In this document: positions 39,525-53,000 of the stretch, piece after piece
How the letters are laid out: every line of letters starts with the position of its first letter
Numbering within the stretch: the stretch's first letter is position 1
NCBI RefSeq assembly: GCF_963921235.1
Contig: NC_086108.1
Location: 13,454,001-13,518,000 of the forward strand
DNA length: 64,000 nt
Direction of reading: 5' to 3'
DNA from: Mobula hypostoma
Lineage: Eukaryota
Notes under the pieces: generated by a model
The model's input: the letters and a program-made list of their open reading frames with translations, nothing else
Told to the model about the DNA's origin: nothing
Databases searched by the model: none
Made by a program: the position numbers and the translations under genes

Positions 39525-42019
39525 AACATAAAGTTGTGGTGGTAGGAGATTTTAATTTTCCATACATTGATTGGGACTCCCATACTGTTAGGGGTCTAGA
39601 TGGTTTAGAGTTTGTAAAATGTGTTCAGGAAAGTTTTCTAAATCAATATATAGAGGGACCAACTAGAGGGGATGCAATATTGGATCTCCTGTTAGGAAAC
39701 AAATTAGGGCAAGTGACAGAAGTCTGTGTAGGGGAGCACTTTGGTTCCAGTGATCATAACACCATTAGTTTCAATTTGATCATGGACAAGGATAGATCTG
39801 GTCCTAGGGTTGAGGTTCTGAACTGGAAGAAGGCCAAATTTGAAGAAATGAGAAAGGATCTAAAAAGCGTGGATTGGGACAGGTTGTTCTCTGGCAAAGA
39901 TGTGATTGGTAGGTGGGAAGCCTTCAAAGGGGAAATTTTGAGAGTGCAGAGTTTGTATGTTCCTGTCAGGATTAAAGGCAAATTGAATAGGAATAAGGAA
40001 CCTTGGTTCTCAAGGGATATTGCAACTCTGATAAAGAAGAAGAGGGAGTTGTATGAAATGTATAGGAAACAGGAGGTAAATCAGGTGCTTGAGGAGTATA
40101 AGAAGTGCAAGAAAATACTTAAGAAAGAAATCAGGAGGGCTAAAAGAAGACATGAGGTTGCCTAGGCAGTCAAAGTGAAGGATAAACCAAAGAGCTTTTA
40201 CAAGTATATTAAGAGCAAAAGGATTGTAAGGGATAAAATTGGTCCTCTTGAAGATCAGAGTGGTCGGCTTTGTGCGGAACCAAAGGAAATAGGGGAGATC
40301 TTAAATAGGTTTTTTGCGTCTGTATTTACTAAGGAAGCTGGCATGAAATCTATGGAATTGAGGGAATTAAGTAGTGAGACCATGGAAACTATACAGATTG
40401 AAAAGGAGGAGGTGCTTGCTGTCTTGAGGAAAATTAAAGTGGATAAATCCCCGGGACCTGACAGAGTGTTCCCTCGGACCTTGAAGGAGACTAGTGTTGA
40501 AATTGCGGGGGCCCCGGCAGAAATATTTAAAACGTCGTTGTCTACGGGTGAAGTGCCGGAGGATTGGAGAGTGGCTCATGTTGTTCCGTTGTTTAAAAAA
40601 GGATCGAAAAGTAATCCGGGAAATTATAGGCCGGTGAGTTTAACGTCAGTAGTAGGTAAGTTATTGGAGGGAGTACTAAGAAACAGAATCTACAAGCATT
40701 TGGATAGACAGGGACTTATTAGGGAGAGTCAACATGGCTTTGTGCGTGGTAGGTCATGTTTGACCAATCTGTTGGAGTTTTTCGAGGAGGTTACCAGAAA
40801 AGTGGATGAAGGGAAGGCAGTGGATATTGTCTACATGGACTTCAGTAAGGCCTTTGACAAGGTCCCGCATGGGAGGTTAGTGAGGAAAATTCAGTCGCTA
40901 GGTATACATGGAGAGGTGGTAAATTGGATTAGACATTGGCTCGATGGAAGAAGCCAGAGAGTGGTGGTAGAGAATTGCTTCTCTGAGTGGAGGCCTGTGA
41001 CTAGTGGTGTGCCACAGGGATCAGTGCTGGGTCCATTGTTATTTGTCATCTATATCAATGATCTGGATGATAATGTGGTAAATTGGATCAGCAAGTTTGC
41101 TGATGATACAAAGATTGGAGGTGTAGTAGACAGTGAGGAAGGTTTTCAGAGCCTGCAGAGGGACTTGGACCAGCTGGAAAAATGGGCTGAAAAATGGCAG
41201 ATGGAGTTTAATACTGACAAGTGTGAGGTATTGCACGTTGGAAGGACAAACCAACGTAGAACATACAGGGTTAATGGTAAGGCACTGAGGAGTGCAGTGG
41301 AACAGAGGGATCTGGGAATACAGGTACAAAATTCCCTAAAAGTGTCGTCACAGGTAGATAGGGTCGTAAAGAGAGCTTTTGGTACATTGGCCTTTATTAA
41401 TCAAAGTATTGAGTATAAGAGCTGGAATGTTATGCTGAGGTTGTATAAGGCATTGGTGAGGCCGAATCTGGAGTATTGTGTTCAGTTTTGGTCACCAAAT
41501 TACAGGAAGGATATAAATAAGGTTGAAAGAGTGCAGAGAAGGTTTACAAGGATGTTGCCGGGACTTGAGAAACTCAGTTACAGAGAAAGGTTGAATAGGT
41601 TAGGACTTTATTCCCTGGAGCGTAGAAGAATGAGGGGAGATTTGATAGAGGTATATAAAATTATGATGGGTATAGATAGAGTGAATGCAAGCAGGCTTTT
41701 TCCACTGAGGCAAGGGGAGAAAAAAACCCAGAGGACATGGGTTAAGGGTGAGGGGGGAAAAGTTTAAAGGGAACATTAGAGGGGGGCTTCTTCACACAGA
41801 GAGTGGTGAGAGTATGGAATGAGCTGCCAGACGAGGTGGTAAATGTGGGTTCTTTTTTAACATTTAAGAATAAATTGGACAGATACATGGATGGGAGGTG
41901 TATGGAGGGATATGGTCCGTGTGCAGGTCAGTGGGACTAGGCAGAAAATGGTTCAGCACAGCCAAGAAGGGCCAAAGGGCCTGTTTCTGTGCTGTAGTTT
42001 CTATGGTTCTATGGTTCTA
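39525..42019 (+). mobile_element. Young 5'-truncated CR1 LINE, nearly intact ORF2
   Basis: 209-aa and 530-aa ORFs in one frame, separated by a single TAG (40163-40165); frameshift only near 41720; (CTATGGTT)n tail. Confidence 0.97.
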
Positions 42020-42585
42020 TGGACTCACAGACACTGATCTCCAGCCCTTCCACTGGACTCACAGACACTGATCTCCAGCTCTCCCAGAGATCACAGACAC
42101 GGATCTCCAGCTCTCCCAGAGATCTCAGACACTGATCTCCAGCTCTCCCAGAGATCACAGACACGGATCTCCAGCTCTCCCAGAGATCTCAGACACTGAT
42201 ATCCAGCTCTCCCAGAAATCTCAGACACTGACTGATCTCCAGCTCTTCCACTGGACTCACAGACACTGATCTCCAGCTCTCCCAGAGATCTCAGACACTG
42301 ATCTCCAGCTCTCCCAGAGATCTCAGACACTGATCTCCAGCTCTCCCAGAGATCTCAGACACTGATCTCCAGCTCTCCCAGAGATCTCAGACGCTGATCT
42401 CCAGCTCTTCCACTGGACTCACAGACACTGATCTCCAGCTCTCCCAGAGATCTCAGGCACTGAGCTCCAGCTCTCGCAATGGACTCACAGACTCTGATTT
42501 CCAGCTCTTCCAGAGATCTCAGACACTGACTGATCTCCAGCTCTCCCATGGGACTCACAGACACTGATCTCCAGCTCTCCCACGG
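42020..42585. repeat. 32-bp minisatellite, right part
   Basis: About 17 copies of the same unit as 39335-39524. Confidence 0.95.
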
Positions 42586-43559
42586 GAATCAGAGACCCAG
42601 GGCCTTGGCCATTGGACTTCCGATTGATCTTCAGGCTTTGATCGTCCATACCGACCCCAGGAATCTCGCTGAACTCCATACTTGGCAACTTACACACCTA
42701 GGGGATCAGATCATTGGCCCTCATGCATCCTGACCACAAGGACCTTCGATCCTGAAACCCACTGACCTGGGGTCCTCGATGTTCTTTGTCCACAGCGCTT
42801 GCTGGCCTGAAGTCCTTCATCACACATCTACATCACTGGCCTTCAACCCCTGAGCACGGATTGAAAGCCGTGTGACCTAGCCTGATCTCTGCTAACACAC
42901 CCCTGTACCTAAACACTAACCCGATCCCTATCACCACTCTCTGTCCCCAGAACCTAACAGAACAACTAGGACAATGTCACGACCTTGATGGAGACTGAAG
43001 CTTGTTACCACCTCGACCAGTTGAATTTGCTGGTATTTGTTTCTCCTGTTTACAGGAGAGCAGTAGAATGTGAGGAAGTTTATGAAAATATGGGAAGAAT
43101 CAAATGGGGTTGTACCTGGGATTAAGTGTGCCAGGATTTCACCTTGAGTTCAGAGGATTAAACATGTAGAATTGACATGGAAGGATTGTGGATATGTTGA
43201 GCAGTTGAATGGTGGAAGAAGCTTAAAGGGGCCAAATGGCCACACCTACTACTATTGTCTACGTTTCAAGAAGTTTCGCACAATGGCTCGGTCGTGACAC
43301 TGGGAGATATCTGTGTGGCGTTTGCACGTTCTCCCTGTGACTGCATGGGTTTCCCCTAGTGGCTCCAGTTTCCTCCACATCCCAGACACATGCAGGCTGG
43401 TGGGTTAAATAGCTACTGTCGAGTTCAGGTAAATGGCTACAGGAAACTGATGGGCGTGAAGGATTCAGGCAAATAGGGAGAGGAAAGCTGTGAACTGATG
43501 GGATGGTCCTGTTGTGGGCTGAGTTTGCTGCAATAAGCGAGGAAGAGGAGTGAAGCTGT

Positions 43560-44460
43560 CAGAGAATAAAGGAAGAGCAGATAAAGAATGAGGCACAGCA
43601 AGAAGGGGAGGAGGAGAGCTGGGAGGGAAGAGATGGAAAGTGAAGCAGGGTGGAAGAATGGAGTTGAAAAGGATAGAATGCAAGATGAGAATGGAAAGAA
43701 AGCATGAACAGAGAGAAAATGAGGAAAGATGGACAGAAAGAGGGGTAGACAGATAAAGAATGGTGCACAGAAACAGGGTAGACAGATAGAAAGGAGTAAA
43801 CAGAAAGAGGGTGCATAGAAAGAGGGGTAGACAGATAGAGAGGCAGAGAGAAAGAGAGGTAGATAGAAAGAGGGGCAGACAGAAAGAAAGATGTGCAGAA
43901 AGAGGGGTCGGCAGAAAGAGTTACACTGAAAGAGGGGCAGATAGAAAGAGGGGTGCACAGAAATAGGGGTAGACAGATAGAGAGGGACAGATAGAAAAGA
44001 GGGGCAGGCAGAAAGTGGGGTAGGCAGAAAGTGGGATAGACAGAAAGAGGGGCAGACTGAAAAGAGGGGCAGACTGAAAGAGGGGTAGGTAGAAAGAGGG
44101 GTAGACAGATGAAGAAGGATAGTCAGATGAAGAGGAAGGCATAGCGTGCATGAGAAGATGGCTGGCTGGGTGGGAAGGAAAGATTAGATGGAGATATGGG
44201 GAGAGGATGGTGTGAGAACGAGAGGAAGGAGTAGAGAAACTATGAAAATAGGAAGAGATTTAATGTGATGGTAGATAGGGATTTTAGAGAAAGACGAGGG
44301 TCTGAAAGTGGGGGGATAAAATATAAGAGAGGGTACATGGATGTGGATATGTGGATGGAGGAGTGATGAGGGAGATAAAGCATGAAGAGTAGGGGGGAAG
44401 ATTAAGGATTGAGAGTGGGGGTGGAGTAAAGTGGGAAGAGGAGAGAAGCACATTTGTGGG
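43560..44460. repeat. Purine-rich low-complexity tract with an AGACAGAAAGAGGGG-like subrepeat
   Basis: Directly visible. Confidence 0.85.
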
Positions 44461-44629
44461 GCCAGCTGGAAAACAGAGGTGAATGTGTTACTGTAAGGTG
44501 CAGTTGACGAGTTTGAACACAAATCTCGTTGCTTTCAGTTATCTAAACAGAACTACATTAACACAATGTCAGCAGCTCATACACACTGCAGTAATACTGA
44601 GAAATGGCCTGGTTAGATCTAACAGCCAC

Positions 44630-44634
44630 CACAT

Positions 44635-44693
<59 letters not shown>

Positions 44694-44925
44694 CACACAC
44701 TGACAGACACACACTGACACACAGACACACAGACACACACAGACACACAGACACACACAGACACACAGACACAGACAGACACACACACATAGACACACAC
44801 TGACAGACACACACACACACACAGACAGACACACACACTGACAGACACACACACAGACAGACACACACACACATATAGACACACACTGACAGACAGACAG
44901 ACATACACACACACACACAAACATG
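44630..44925. repeat. (CA)n / (CAGA) compound microsatellite
   Basis: Directly visible. Confidence 0.97.
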
Positions 44926-47019
44926 CACACCGAATGAAGTGAGTTCTGTGTACTTACCCTTATTCAGCAGCTGATACCCTGCTGAGTGAGACTGGTTTTG
45001 AGTGAACCACTGGGCAGTGATCACCTCTCCCTCTTCTGTCTCTCAGCTGCCTGTTCAACCCTGCCCCCTAACTAAAAGCAAGCACAGTATTGGTCTGATA
45101 GAGCAATTCAAATGCCAGTTGCACCTTCCCCTGCAATAGATGGCTTCACTCCATTCACGTACAGCCTCGCATCTGCAAACCTCACATTTGCTCAGTTCCA
45201 CAATCTGTGGCTCCTTTCCAGCAACCTCTCCATTTATTTCACTATCTATTTACATACACTAACACTCGCGTTTTATGCTACATCATCAGGCTGAAAATCA
45301 GTTACAGGAAACTAGCAATCCCTGGGCCAAGATCCACATGTTTCTCATTTTATTATTAATTTTTTTCTTTCATATTTAATTGTCTAATTCTACCCTTGCA
45401 ATTGCAACAGGGCATTAATTAGAGTATGAACTGTGATTTCTCAAGTCTATACAGGTTTACAGTAGAAAGATTTTTTCCGAGCAGTAGGTATTTCTATCGC
45501 TGTGTCCACAGATGATAAGAAGTCACCGGCCCTGAGCCGTTCTGCTAGTCCGTGGGACCATGGCTGATCCTGGACACTACCTGACAGCATGGGATGTTCA
45601 GATTTCCAAAAGGCACTCAGTGAAGTCACACTCAAAATATTACTGCACATATCTTGTTCAGAGCACAAGACACTATCCTAATCCGGATTGAGGAATAATG
45701 CAAAAACTACCTCAGAATCTGATGGGCAAATTGTTATCAATGTGGGGCCACAGTCGTCGCTGTGATCCAGCAATTTAAGAAACTCTTAGATAGGCGTATA
45801 GATCTTATGTAAATGGTGAGCTATGTAGGAGGGAAGGCGTAGTTTGATTTATAATAGTTAAATGGTCAGTTCAACATCATGGGCTAAAGGGCTTGTACTA
45901 TGGACGAGCTTGCCTGTGCGCTGGTTGATGAACGGTCTTTGGTTCACCAGCAGGACCCCATCCTTACTCACCGTGGAAGTGTTGGAACAGAGGGACCACG
46001 CTGATATCCTGCCTTTGTTACAGAACACAGTGTGACTTTGTGGGGAGGCTATATATCAGCACTGTCACATCCCACACCTAGATCCAGAACCTCGCCCTGG
46101 GACTCTACTGTAATATCGAGTGTCCTACTGAGCGGACTGTGACTTTAACATGTGGACTCTTGCCTGCAGATTGTGCTCTGAAACGTGAAGTAGAGGCAGT
46201 GGCTTCAGGGTGCAGTAAAAGACCTGAGACTGAAGGAGTGCACAGAGTGAGTGACATGTTGAAGATTTCTACATGTTAAAGATACAGCACTACACCATCA
46301 TGGACTGCTATTAGTTAGTCATGGGCAATGCTTCTCATCATTCCCTGTGTCCTATTGAGCTTTCATCTTAATGGGGCATCAGAAATTGGATCAAAGATTA
46401 AATGTGACCAAAATAGAAAGCTTCACTTTAAATTGATTCCAGTCTAGGCAGAATCATGCAGGCCAATGGCCCAGAGCTTTTAATTTCTGCACTTAATTAA
46501 TTTAAATTAAATTCTGTGGGAACACCATAGGCCATTCATTGATTATCCCATCACAGCCAGCAGTGCATTACTGATTGCAGTCTGTTTGATTACAAATTCT
46601 AGAAGTCATCTTGTCAGAGTGAATCTTCTTTATGCTAATTATTGAATTCTTGTCATTCTAAAAGAAGTCTTTCATCATCAGATATTTCTCAAAAGGGCAA
46701 GATGCAAGTCTGGTGCTTGTGAATCATATACTGACAAATCACCAGGTACTTCAGACTCCGGTAGGAGTGTGGGACAGGCCAGAAAGGGAACAGGACACCC
46801 AGGTAACAGATCAACAGGGCAAGCAAAGGGGCTAAATGATATCCTCTTACATCTTGTCTTCTTAAATTGGCTTCACCAGTGGAAGGACTGACACTACACC
46901 GATTCAGTATTGACAATTCTGCTTCATTACTCCATGTCCCTGTGGTGTCTAAAGTTATAAGTGAAGGTCACGCTCTAGAAATTTAAAATTATAATTCATG
47001 CTGGATACTGGCAATTACT

Positions 47020-50000
47020 GTGTGAGGTTGTTCATTTGTGACGCAGCGCGTGGTTTGAAAAGAACTCGAGTGCTTTGGGCTTTTCTCTTGGCAGGTGACA
47101 ATCAGCGCGAAAAGGTCATTCATTGGTGACACAGCACGTGTTTTGAAAAGAACTGAGGTGCCTTCAGCTTTTTTTGTCAGCAGCGGCAATCAGCAGAAGG
47201 CCAATAAAAAGAAAAGTACAAGCAGAGCGGCCATCGTTAGAGTGGGGCATTGTTAGAGTGGTCTGGCTTTAGCTTAACAGACTTAAGCAAGAACTGGCCC
47301 GGGAAAGCACAGGTGGAGGTTTTAAGTGAATAAGAAAGTTACTAGTAAGTTTTTCCCCCTGTTAATACGTAACTAATACACTGAGAATGGATCTGGAGGT
47401 AATGGTATGTTCTTTGTGTGAGATGTGGGAAGTTTTGGAGACTTTCCAGTCTCACTGATAACTACATCTGCACAAAGTGCATTGAGTTGTCCCCCCCTAG
47501 AGACCATGTGAGGGAACTGGAGCTGCAGCTGGATGATCTTCAGCTCCTGCGGGAGAATGAGGAGCTGATTGATAGGAGCTACAGGGAGGTAGTCATCCCT
47601 AAGTTTGCAGGAGGCAGATACCTGGGTAACTGTCAGGTGAGGGAAAGGCAAGGGCAGCCAGTGCAGAATACCCTCAATAATAAGTATACCACTTCGGATA
47701 CTGTAGGTGGGGGGACCAACCTACCAGGGGGAATAAGAGACCAGGACTCTGGCTCTGTGCCTCAGAAGGGAAGGAGGAGGGAAGCGAAGAGAAGGACAGT
47801 AGTGATACGGGTTTCCATTAAGACCATAAGACCATAAGACAAAGGAGCAGAAGCCGGCCATTTGGCCCATCGAGTCTGCTCCGCCATTTTATCATGAGCT
47901 GATCCATTCTCCCATTTAGTCCCATTCCCCCGCCTTCTCACCATAACCTTTGATGCCCTGGCTACTCAGATACCTATCAATCTCTGCCTTAAATACACCC
48001 AATGACTTGGCCTCCACTGCTGCCCGTGGCAACAAATTCCATAGATTCACCACCCTCTGACTAAAAAAATCTCTTCGCATTTTTTTTCTGAATGGGTGCC
48101 CTTCAATCCTGAAGTCATGCCCTCTTGTACTAGACACCCCCATCATGGGAAACAACTTTGCCACATCCACTCTGTCCATGCCTTTCAACATTTGAAATGT
48201 TTCTATGAGATCTCCCCTCATTCTTCTAAACTCCAAGGATTACAGTCCAAGAGCAGACAAACGTTCCTCATATGTTAACCCTCTCATTCCTGGAATCATT
48301 CTAGTGAATCTTCTTTGTACCCTCTCCAATGTCAGCACATCCTTTCTTAAATAAGGAGAACAAAACTGTCTACAGTACTCCAAGTGAGGTCTCACCAGCG
48401 CCTTATAGAGCCTCAACATCACATCCCTGCTCCTATACTCTATTCCTCTAGAAATGAATGCCAACATCGCATTCGCCTTCTTCACTACCGACTCAACCTG
48501 GAGGTTAACTTTAAGGGTATCCTGTACGAGGACTCCCAAGTCCCGTTGCATCTCAGAACTTTGAATTATTTCCTTATTTAAATAATAGTCTGCCCGTTTA
48601 TTTCTTCTGCCAAGTTGCATAACCATACACTTTCCAACATTGTATTTCACTTGCCACTTCTTTGCCCATTCTTCCAATTTATCCAAGTCCCTCTGCAGAC
48701 TTTCCTCAGCACTACCGGCCCCTCCACCTATCTTCGTATCATCAGCAAACTTAGCCACAAAGCCATCTATTCCATAATCCAAATCATTGATGTACAATGT
48801 AAAAAGAAGCGGCCCCAACACGGACCCCTGTGGAACACCACTGGTAACCGGCAGCCAACCAGAAGAGGATCCCTTTATTCCCACTCTCTGTTTCCTGTCA
48901 ATCAGCCAACGCTCTATCCACGTATGTAACTTTCCCATAATTCCATGGGCTCTTATCTTGTTAAGTAGCCTCATCTGTGGCAGCTTGTCAAAGGCCTTCT
49001 GAAAATTCAAATATATAACATCCACTGCATCTCCCTTGTCTAGCCTACTTGTAATTTCCTCAAAAAATTGTAATAGATTTGTCAAGGCAGGATTTTCCTT
49101 TAAGGAAACCATGCTGAATTCTGCCTATCTTGTCATATGCTTCCAGGTACTCTCTAAACTCATCCTTGACAACCGACTCCAACTTCCCAACCACCGACGT
49201 CAAGCTAACAGGTCTATAATTTCCTTTTTGCTTCCTTGCCCCCTTCTTAAATAGTGGAGTGACATTTGCAATCTTCCAACCCTCCGGAACCATGCCAGAA
49301 TCTATTGACGTTTGAAAGATCATCGCTATTGCCTCCGCAATCTCCACAGCTACTTCCTTCAGAACACGCGGGTGCATTCCATCTGGTCCGGGAGATTTAT
49401 CTACCTTTAGACTATTCAGCTTCCTGAGTACTTTCTCTGTCATAATTGTGACTGCACACACTTCTCTTCCCTGCCACCCTTGAGTGTCCCGTATACTGCT
49501 GATGTCTTCCTCAGTGAAGACTGATGCAAAATACTCGTTCAGTTCCTCTGCCATCTCCTTATCTCCAATTACAATTTCTCCAGCATCATTTTCTATTGGT
49601 CCTATATCTACTCTCACCTGACTTTTACTCTTTATATACTTGAAAAAGCTTTTAGTATCCTCTTTGATATTATTTGCTAGCTTCCTTTCATAGTTAATCT
49701 TTTCCCTCTTAATGACCTTCTTAGTTTCCTTTTGTAAGGTTTTAAAAACTTCCCAATCCTCTGTCTTCCCACTAATTTTTGCTTCCTTGTATGCCCTCTC
49801 CTTTGCTTTAACTCTGGCTTTGACTTCTTTTGTCAACCACTGTTGCATCCTTTTTCTATTCGAAAATTTCTTCTTTTTTGGAATATACCTGTCTTGCACC
49901 TTCCTCACTTCTCACATAAACTCCAGCCACTGCTGCTCTGCCGTCTTTCCCGCCAGTGTCCCTTTCCAGTCAACTTTGGCCAGTTCCTCTCTCATACCAC

Positions 50001-53000
50001 TGTAATTTCCTTTACTCCACTGAAATACCGACACATTAGATTTCGGCTTCTCTTTTTCAAATTTCACAGTGAACTCAATCATGTTATGATCACTGTCTCC
50101 TAAGGGTTCCTTCACCTCAATCTCTATAATCACCTCCGGTTCATTACACAATACCCAATCCAGTACAGCCGATCCCCTAGTGGACTCAACAACAAGCTGT
50201 TCTAAAAAGCTATCTCGCAGACATTCTACAAATTCTCTCTCTTGAGATCCAGTGCCGACCTGATTTTCCCAATCTACTCGCATGTTAAAATCCCCCACAA
50301 TTATCATAACACTGCCCTTCTGACAAGCCTTTTCTATTTCCTGTTGTAATTTGTAGTCCACATCACTGCAGCTGTTTGGAGGCCTATAAATAACTCCCAT
50401 CAGGGTCCTTTTACCCCTGTGATTTCTTAGCTCAACCCATAAAGATTGTGCACCTTCCGATCCTCTATCACCTCTTTCTAATGATTTAATATCATTTCTT
50501 ACCAATAAAGCCACGCCTCCCCCTCTGCCTACCTTCCTATCCTTCTGATACACTGTGTATCCTTGGACGTTCAGCTCCCAGAGACATGCATCCTTTAGCC
50601 ATGCCTCAGTGATGGCCACAATATCATACCTGCCAATCTGTAGCTGTACGACAAGATCATCCACCTTATTTCCTTATGCTGTGTGCATTTAAGTATAACA
50701 CCTTAAGACCAGTATTTGGTACTTTTCGCTTTGATTTCACTGCAACTTTATTGCACTGCAACTCATCCCAATGGCTACAAATTTGCCCCATCACCTGCCT
50801 GTCTTTCCTGACATCTTTACTGCTCTCTATCTTAGATTTATTTCTGTTACCCCCTTCCTCCACTCTGTCATTCCGGTTCCCATCCCCCTGCCAAATTAGT
50901 TTAAACCCTCCCTAATAGCTCTATTAAACTTTCCCGCCAGGATATTGGTCCCCTTTGGGTTCAGGTGTAACCTGTCCTTTTTGAACAGGTCGTACTTCCC
51001 CCAGAAGAGATCCCAAGTATCCAAGAATCTGAAGCCCTGCCCCCGCACCAGTCTCTCAGCCACGCATTCATCTGCCTAATCCTACTATTCTTGCCCTTGC
51101 TAGCACATGGCACAGGTAGTAATCCCGAGATTACTACCCGAGATTAATAGAGGAGCAGAAATCAGATTTTGTGGACATAAGAGATACCCGGATGGTATGA
51201 TGACTTCCAGCTGCCAGGGTCAGGGAAGTCTTGCATCGGGTCCTTGGCATCCTAAAGGGGGAGTGTGAACAGCCAGAAGTCTTGGTACATATTGGTATCA
51301 ATGACATAAGTAGGTCTTGACAAGAGATCTTGAAGAGAGAATATATGTAGTTAGGCAGAAACTTGAAAAGCAGAATTGCCAGGGTCATAATCTCTGGATT
51401 GCTGCCAGTGCCATGCACCAGTGAGGGTAATATGGCAGATGAATGTATGGCTGAAGAATTGGTACAGTGGCCAGGGATTCAAATTTCTGGATCATTGGTA
51501 TCTCTTCTGGGGAAGGTATGATCTGTACAAAAAGGGCGGGTTACACTTGAATCTAAGGGAGACCAATATCCTTGCAGGCAGGCTCACCAGAGCTGCTGTG
51601 GTGGGTTTAAACTAACTTGGCAGAGGGATGGGCACTGGAGTGATGGGGCTGAGGATGGGACAGTTGGTATACAAGTAGTTGCAGTGTGCAGTGAGACTGT
51701 GAGCAAGGACAGGCAGCCGACAGGGCAAAATAGCAGTCGGTGGATGAGTTAAAGTGTAACAGGGAGCCAACATGAAAAAGGTGATGAATACTAGACAGGC
51801 CATGTTATATTTGAATGCATGGAGCATAAGGAGTAAGGTAAATGATCTTGTAGCACAGTTAGAGTTTGGCAGATATGTTGTGTGCATCTCAGAGTTGTGG
51901 CTGAAAGATCATAGTTGGGAGCTTAACATCCAAGGATACCCAGCGTATTAAAAGGGCAGGCAGGTAGGCAAAGGGTGGTGGGGTGGCTCTGTTGTTAAAA
52001 AATGAAATCAAATCCTTAGAAAGAGGAGACATAGGATCAGAAGATGTAGAATCCTTATGGGTAGAGTTATGAAACTGCGAGAGTAAAAAGACCCTGATGG
52101 AGGTTGTATACAGGCCTCCAAACAGTAGCCAGGATATGGGCAACAAACTAAAATGGAAGGTAGAAAAGGAATGTCAAAAAGGCAATGTCATGATCATCAT
52201 GGGGCATTTCAATATGCAAGTAGACAGGGAAAATCTGGTTGGTGCAGGATTCCAAGAGAGGAAATTTGTAGAATGCCAACAATGTGGTTTTTTTATAGCA
52301 GCTTCTAGTTGAGTCCACTTGGGGAATGGCAAATCTGGATTGGGTGTTATGTAATGACCCAGATTTGATTAGGAAGCTTAATGTAAAGGAACCTCAAAGA
52401 GGCAGTAATAACAGTATGAGAAGCTAAAATAGGATATATCAGTATTACAGTGGAATAAAGGGAATTCTAGAGGCATGTGAGAGGAGCTTGACAAAGTTGA
52501 TTGGAAGCAGACATTAGCAGAAATGACGGCAGAACAGCAATGGCTGGTGTCTCTGGGCGAAATGCAGAAGACATGGGAAAGATAGGTCACAAAGATGAAG
52601 AGGTGTTCTAAAGGGAGATGAGGCAATTGTGGCTGACAAGGGAAGTCAAAAACAGCATAAAAGCAAAAGAGACGGCATAAAATATAACAAAAGTTAGCAG
52701 GAAGTTAGAGGATTGTGAAGCTTATAAAAACCAAGAAAAGGCAATTAAAGAGCAATAAAGAGAGAAAAAAATAAATATTAATGTAATCCAGCCAATAATA
52801 TAAAAGAGGATACAAAAAAAAATTTCATATACATATGAGTAAAAGAGAGATGAGAGTGAACATTGGACCGCTGGAACATGACACTGGAGAGGTAGTAATG
52901 GGGGTCAGAGAAATGGAGGAGAAACTTAAGAAGTATTTTGTGTCAGTCTTCAGTGTGGTAAACACTAACACAATGCCGGAAATGTGAGAGTGTCGGGTGG

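Noticed and set aside
40175..41767. Host gene or active RT (530 aa)
   Set aside because: 5'-truncated CR1 ORF2 with a stop at 40163-40165 and a 3' frameshift.
39335..42585. CRISPR-like array next to a reverse transcriptase
   Set aside because: The 32-bp units are head-to-tail with no unique spacers. The RT is an ordinary CR1 ORF2, and there are no cas genes.
43437..45024. Cys/Val-rich and Leu/Ser/Phe-rich ORFs
   Set aside because: These are translations of microsatellite and low-complexity DNA.
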